From: an uncultured Bdellovibrio sp.
Lineage (GTDB): Bacteria; Bdellovibrionota; Bdellovibrionia; Bdellovibrionales; Bdellovibrionaceae
NCBI GenBank assembly: GCA_963932905.1
Contig: CAWVRN010000004.1
Span: 128,001-192,000, forward strand
DNA length: 64,000 nt
Direction: 5' to 3'
The notes below the pieces were generated by a model. That model saw only the letters and a list, made by a program, of their open reading frames with translations, made no database searches and had not been told where the DNA came from. The position numbers were made by a program, and so were the translations under genes. Position 1 is the first letter of the stretch. Each line of letters opens with the position of its first letter. Below are positions 61,312 to 64,000 of this stretch, in pieces.

Positions 61312-63464
61312 GGATTTTTTATTTTTTCATCTTGATTTGTTTTAATTCGGTTGTATTTGGACAAAGCTGTCCGTTTAAGGCTTCTGATTCAAATGCAATA
61401 TCAATGGCATCAAATACTGCCGGAACAATACAAGGTTTACTCGATGCAAAAAATCAATGCTCAGCAACTTTCACTGAGGCCGTAAAGTCTGTACAGGGTC
61501 TTCCAGAATTACTAAATGCGGCAAAAGATCCTGTATTAGAATTAAAAGCAAAAAAAGATTTTTTAAACAGAGAGATCGCAAAATCATTATCTGATCCTAG
61601 CTACGCTAGTGAATCTAAAAGTGGATACTACGACAATTATTTAGAATATCTTCTTTCGCAGCGAAGTGATATTGACAAACAAATCGCTGAGGAGCAAGTG
61701 AAGTCAAAGTACCAGACTAAAGAAAACAGTAAGGAAAAAGTTCTCAGTCTTACGTGGAACCTACTAGCTGCAAGCTCGAACGCATTAAATGACCCCAATT
61801 CGCCCTGTGCTCAAAATATAAGTAATAGATTTGGCACCCAACTTTTAACACTGGGTATGGGCGCCTTGTCGTCAGCAGGCTACTTAGTAAGCCAAGCAGC
61901 AGGCGGAGGGGTTACTCTTGCGGCGGGACTGCTATCTCAAATTATGGACCTCTTTAGTAAAATGCCGGAGCGTGGGGCTCTTCGAGATTTTGAACAAAAT
62001 AATCAAACATATGATTTAGCATGCTTGTATCACAACATCGTAACTATGAGTTGTGAAATGAAATCATCCATTGGAAAAAAAACCGGCCAATCATTTATTG
62101 ATCAGGCTAATAAAATTCCTAACGCAAAGATATACTCAAAAGTGCTTTCGACAAAAGAAATAAATACTGATCTTTCTTCTGTTATTATGGCCGTTGTTAC
62201 ACAAGATATTTCACAGATTTCAGATGGTTCAGGATCTAGCGTAGATAAAAAAATATCTGATTTGTTTGGCAAAGAACAGACTGTCTCACCAAAAGAAGTA
62301 TATGAAAAGCAACTTCAGCAATTTGATTTTTTCAAGTCTCTTTTTATTCCAAATCGAAGCGGATTTGACGCATTGACCGGAGATCAACAGTCCACAGTGA
62401 GCATGTATTTAGATTTTCTTATAAGCAATATTCGCTCGAATCTTGAATCTGAAGGTATCCAAACACGGCAACCAAACGGTTCAAACATTAATCCAGTAAT
62501 AATTTTCACTACCAATTCTGCTGCCATCGAAAAAATACTTAGGAAAAAACTAAAGGACTCTTCTGGTGGAGAAAGTTCAAATCTAATTAGTTTTGATAAT
62601 CTTAGAGATTTGCACCGTGGGATAAACGCCAAAGATTTAAGAGCTAAAAACAAATTTACCGTCGATACTTACGACGATATTAAAAAATACCTAAAAGAAT
62701 CAAATCTTGAAAATACAACCGATGGCAAATCTCTTATTTTACAAATTGATGAAGTTCAAAAAGTATTGGGAAACTTCGACAATTGGCTCTCTGTTGACCC
62801 AGGATCTCCAGAATATCAAAGTTCTTTAAACAAAGCGGCTAGTGAATTAAAAAAATCTTTAGGAGCAAAGAGTGATGATGGTTACACCCTAAGAGAAAAA
62901 GTGAAGTTTTTGATGGCTCAACCATTAGCTAAATTTCAACAGATGGTTGGCGAAGGTAAAAAACTTGATGACGACAATGTTTTCTCGAATCCATTCGTTT
63001 CTAAGCAAAAGGCCCTTTCTGATTTCGATAGATATGGCGTACTACGAGATGTATATAAAACAGTTTCTGATCCAAGACTCGAATTGAAGGACATAAATCT
63101 AGTGAATGATACAAGACAATTGTTTGAAGCAGATAGCTCAACTTTGCGTAAAAACTTTTTGGCTGGCTTGAAAGGACTTCGTGAAAGAATGTCATCTTCA
63201 CCGGACCCTGAAGTGTCGAGAAAAATGTTGTCGCAACTTTGTGGACTTGCGTATTCACTTCCGTCAGGTGGATCTCCGCACGCTTCAGACGATTGCAGCG
63301 GTTTGTTGCCAAAAGACATGCAACCGTTTATGAGAGTGGGAAAAGAAACCCCAGATTGTTCTTACTACAGATATGTTAATGAAAAAACACGAACTGAATA
63401 TTTTGAAACCGGAAAACAGCCAAGTCTTCCGTCTGAATCAAATTCAGGACAAGGTGTAAAATGA
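61308..63464 (+). CDS. Large secreted helical protein with central hydrophobic hairpin
   Basis: Signal peptide, paired Cys, coiled coil, Gly/Ala-rich hydrophobic stretch LLTLGMGALSSAGYL...LAAGLL. Confidence 0.7.
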   Translation: MRIFYFFILICFNSVVFGQSCPFKASDSNAISMASNTAGTIQGLLDAKNQCSATFTEAVKSVQGLPELLNAAKDPVLELKAKKDFLNREIAKSLSDPSYASESKSGYYDNYLEYLLSQRSDIDKQIAEEQVKSKYQTKENSKEKVLSLTWNLLAASSNALNDPNSPCAQNISNRFGTQLLTLGMGALSSAGYLVSQAAGGGVTLAAGLLSQIMDLFSKMPERGALRDFEQNNQTYDLACLYHNIVTMSCEMKSSIGKKTGQSFIDQANKIPNAKIYSKVLSTKEINTDLSSVIMAVVTQDISQISDGSGSSVDKKISDLFGKEQTVSPKEVYEKQLQQFDFFKSLFIPNRSGFDALTGDQQSTVSMYLDFLISNIRSNLESEGIQTRQPNGSNINPVIIFTTNSAAIEKILRKKLKDSSGGESSNLISFDNLRDLHRGINAKDLRAKNKFTVDTYDDIKKYLKESNLENTTDGKSLILQIDEVQKVLGNFDNWLSVDPGSPEYQSSLNKAASELKKSLGAKSDDGYTLREKVKFLMAQPLAKFQQMVGEGKKLDDDNVFSNPFVSKQKALSDFDRYGVLRDVYKTVSDPRLELKDINLVNDTRQLFEADSSTLRKNFLAGLKGLRERMSSSPDPEVSRKMLSQLCGLAYSLPSGGSPHASDDCSGLLPKDMQPFMRVGKETPDCSYYRYVNEKTRTEYFETGKQPSLPSESNSGQGVK

Positions 63465-64000
63465 CTATAGTTCGCACATTGCTTTGCAATTTAATATTCA
63501 TTTTAGCTTCGTGCGTAACGACCAATGAAATTACCATTGAGAGATTACCTAGTAGCTATGGAGATTTCAATTCACCCTGCCGAGATACTCGCGACTGTAG
63601 TCTCGGTCTTTTGTGCAAAAGTGGCTGGTGTAGGCAACCTGACACCAGAAAAGAAGCTTTTGAGACTTGTAGAACTTATACGGAGTGCTTATCGAGCCGC
63701 TGCGAAAATAGTAAATGTGTTCCTTCAAATCTTGCTCCGGCCGATAATGGCCAGGAATGCTTTGCTGGAGTTCCGACGAATTGTAGATCAAATAAAACTG
63801 TTTATGGCATTTGCCAGGCATCCTCCTATTTTCGAGGTTTTGCAGGAATGAATTGTTCTATGGACACGGATTGCATTTCAAATCGCTGCGGCGTTGATAA
63901 AAAATGTCTTGCAGGTAGTGATTCATTGAGCTGCAAATGGGTAAACGAATCATGCTCGCCGTCGGACAATTGCTGCTCTGGAAACTGCCTAAATGGTCGT
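63461..64000 (+). CDS. Cys-rich repeat lipoprotein (runs off window)
   Basis: Not in ORF track. ATG 63461 overlaps the upstream TGA; ILASC lipobox; repeated C-x5-C-x-S-xx-C-x4-C units, open to 64000. Confidence 0.8.
   Translation, partial: MTIVRTLLCNLIFILASCVTTNEITIERLPSSYGDFNSPCRDTRDCSLGLLCKSGWCRQPDTRKEAFETCRTYTECLSSRCENSKCVPSNLAPADNGQECFAGVPTNCRSNKTVYGICQASSYFRGFAGMNCSMDTDCISNRCGVDKKCLAGSDSLSCKWVNESCSPSDNCCSGNCLNGR

Noticed and set aside
63525..63851. ORF-track 108-aa and 84-aa ORFs
   Set aside because: Shadow frames of the Cys-rich lipoprotein starting at 63461

Overview
AT-rich bacterial chromosomal window, probably from a Bdellovibrionota (Bdellovibrio-like) organism; this is inferred from FQNC/FNNC lipoboxes, a DUF4360-like gene and many orphan secreted proteins. 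Layout: (1) 1-16.7 kb, surface-glycan locus (two BcbE-like nucleotidyltransferase-fold genes, HAD, GDPD-like, GT2/GT4, methyltransferase, Wzx flippase, phosphomannomutase, two GT-C-like membrane proteins, transaldolase, pgi); (2) 17-23 kb, four-gene exported heme-c/lipoprotein/Tat cluster; (3) pstSCAB, sensor kinase, mscL, oxyR-ahpC-ahpF; (4) ~36.7-51.9 kb, an accessory island; (5) lytic transglycosylase, LysR/FAD oxidase, MFS, fluoride riboswitch + CLC-F exporter, tRNA-Arg(CCT) and a downstream orphan secreted-protein operon. The island holds a 5'-truncated RHS gene with a Tlde1-like tip followed by seven further RHS-tip/immunity cassettes or remnants. Five of these are preceded by a conserved CGGCCG-hairpin/GATACGGCCGTTAGRGG spacer. 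They are interleaved with two copies of a divergent tyrosine-recombinase fragment, each followed by a conserved att-like repeat, plus a PIN gene pair, IS-end remnants and a high-GC foreign gene. The cassette array with its dedicated spacer and associated recombinase is the best candidate for an undescribed system. All calls come from reading motifs by eye; no searches were run.
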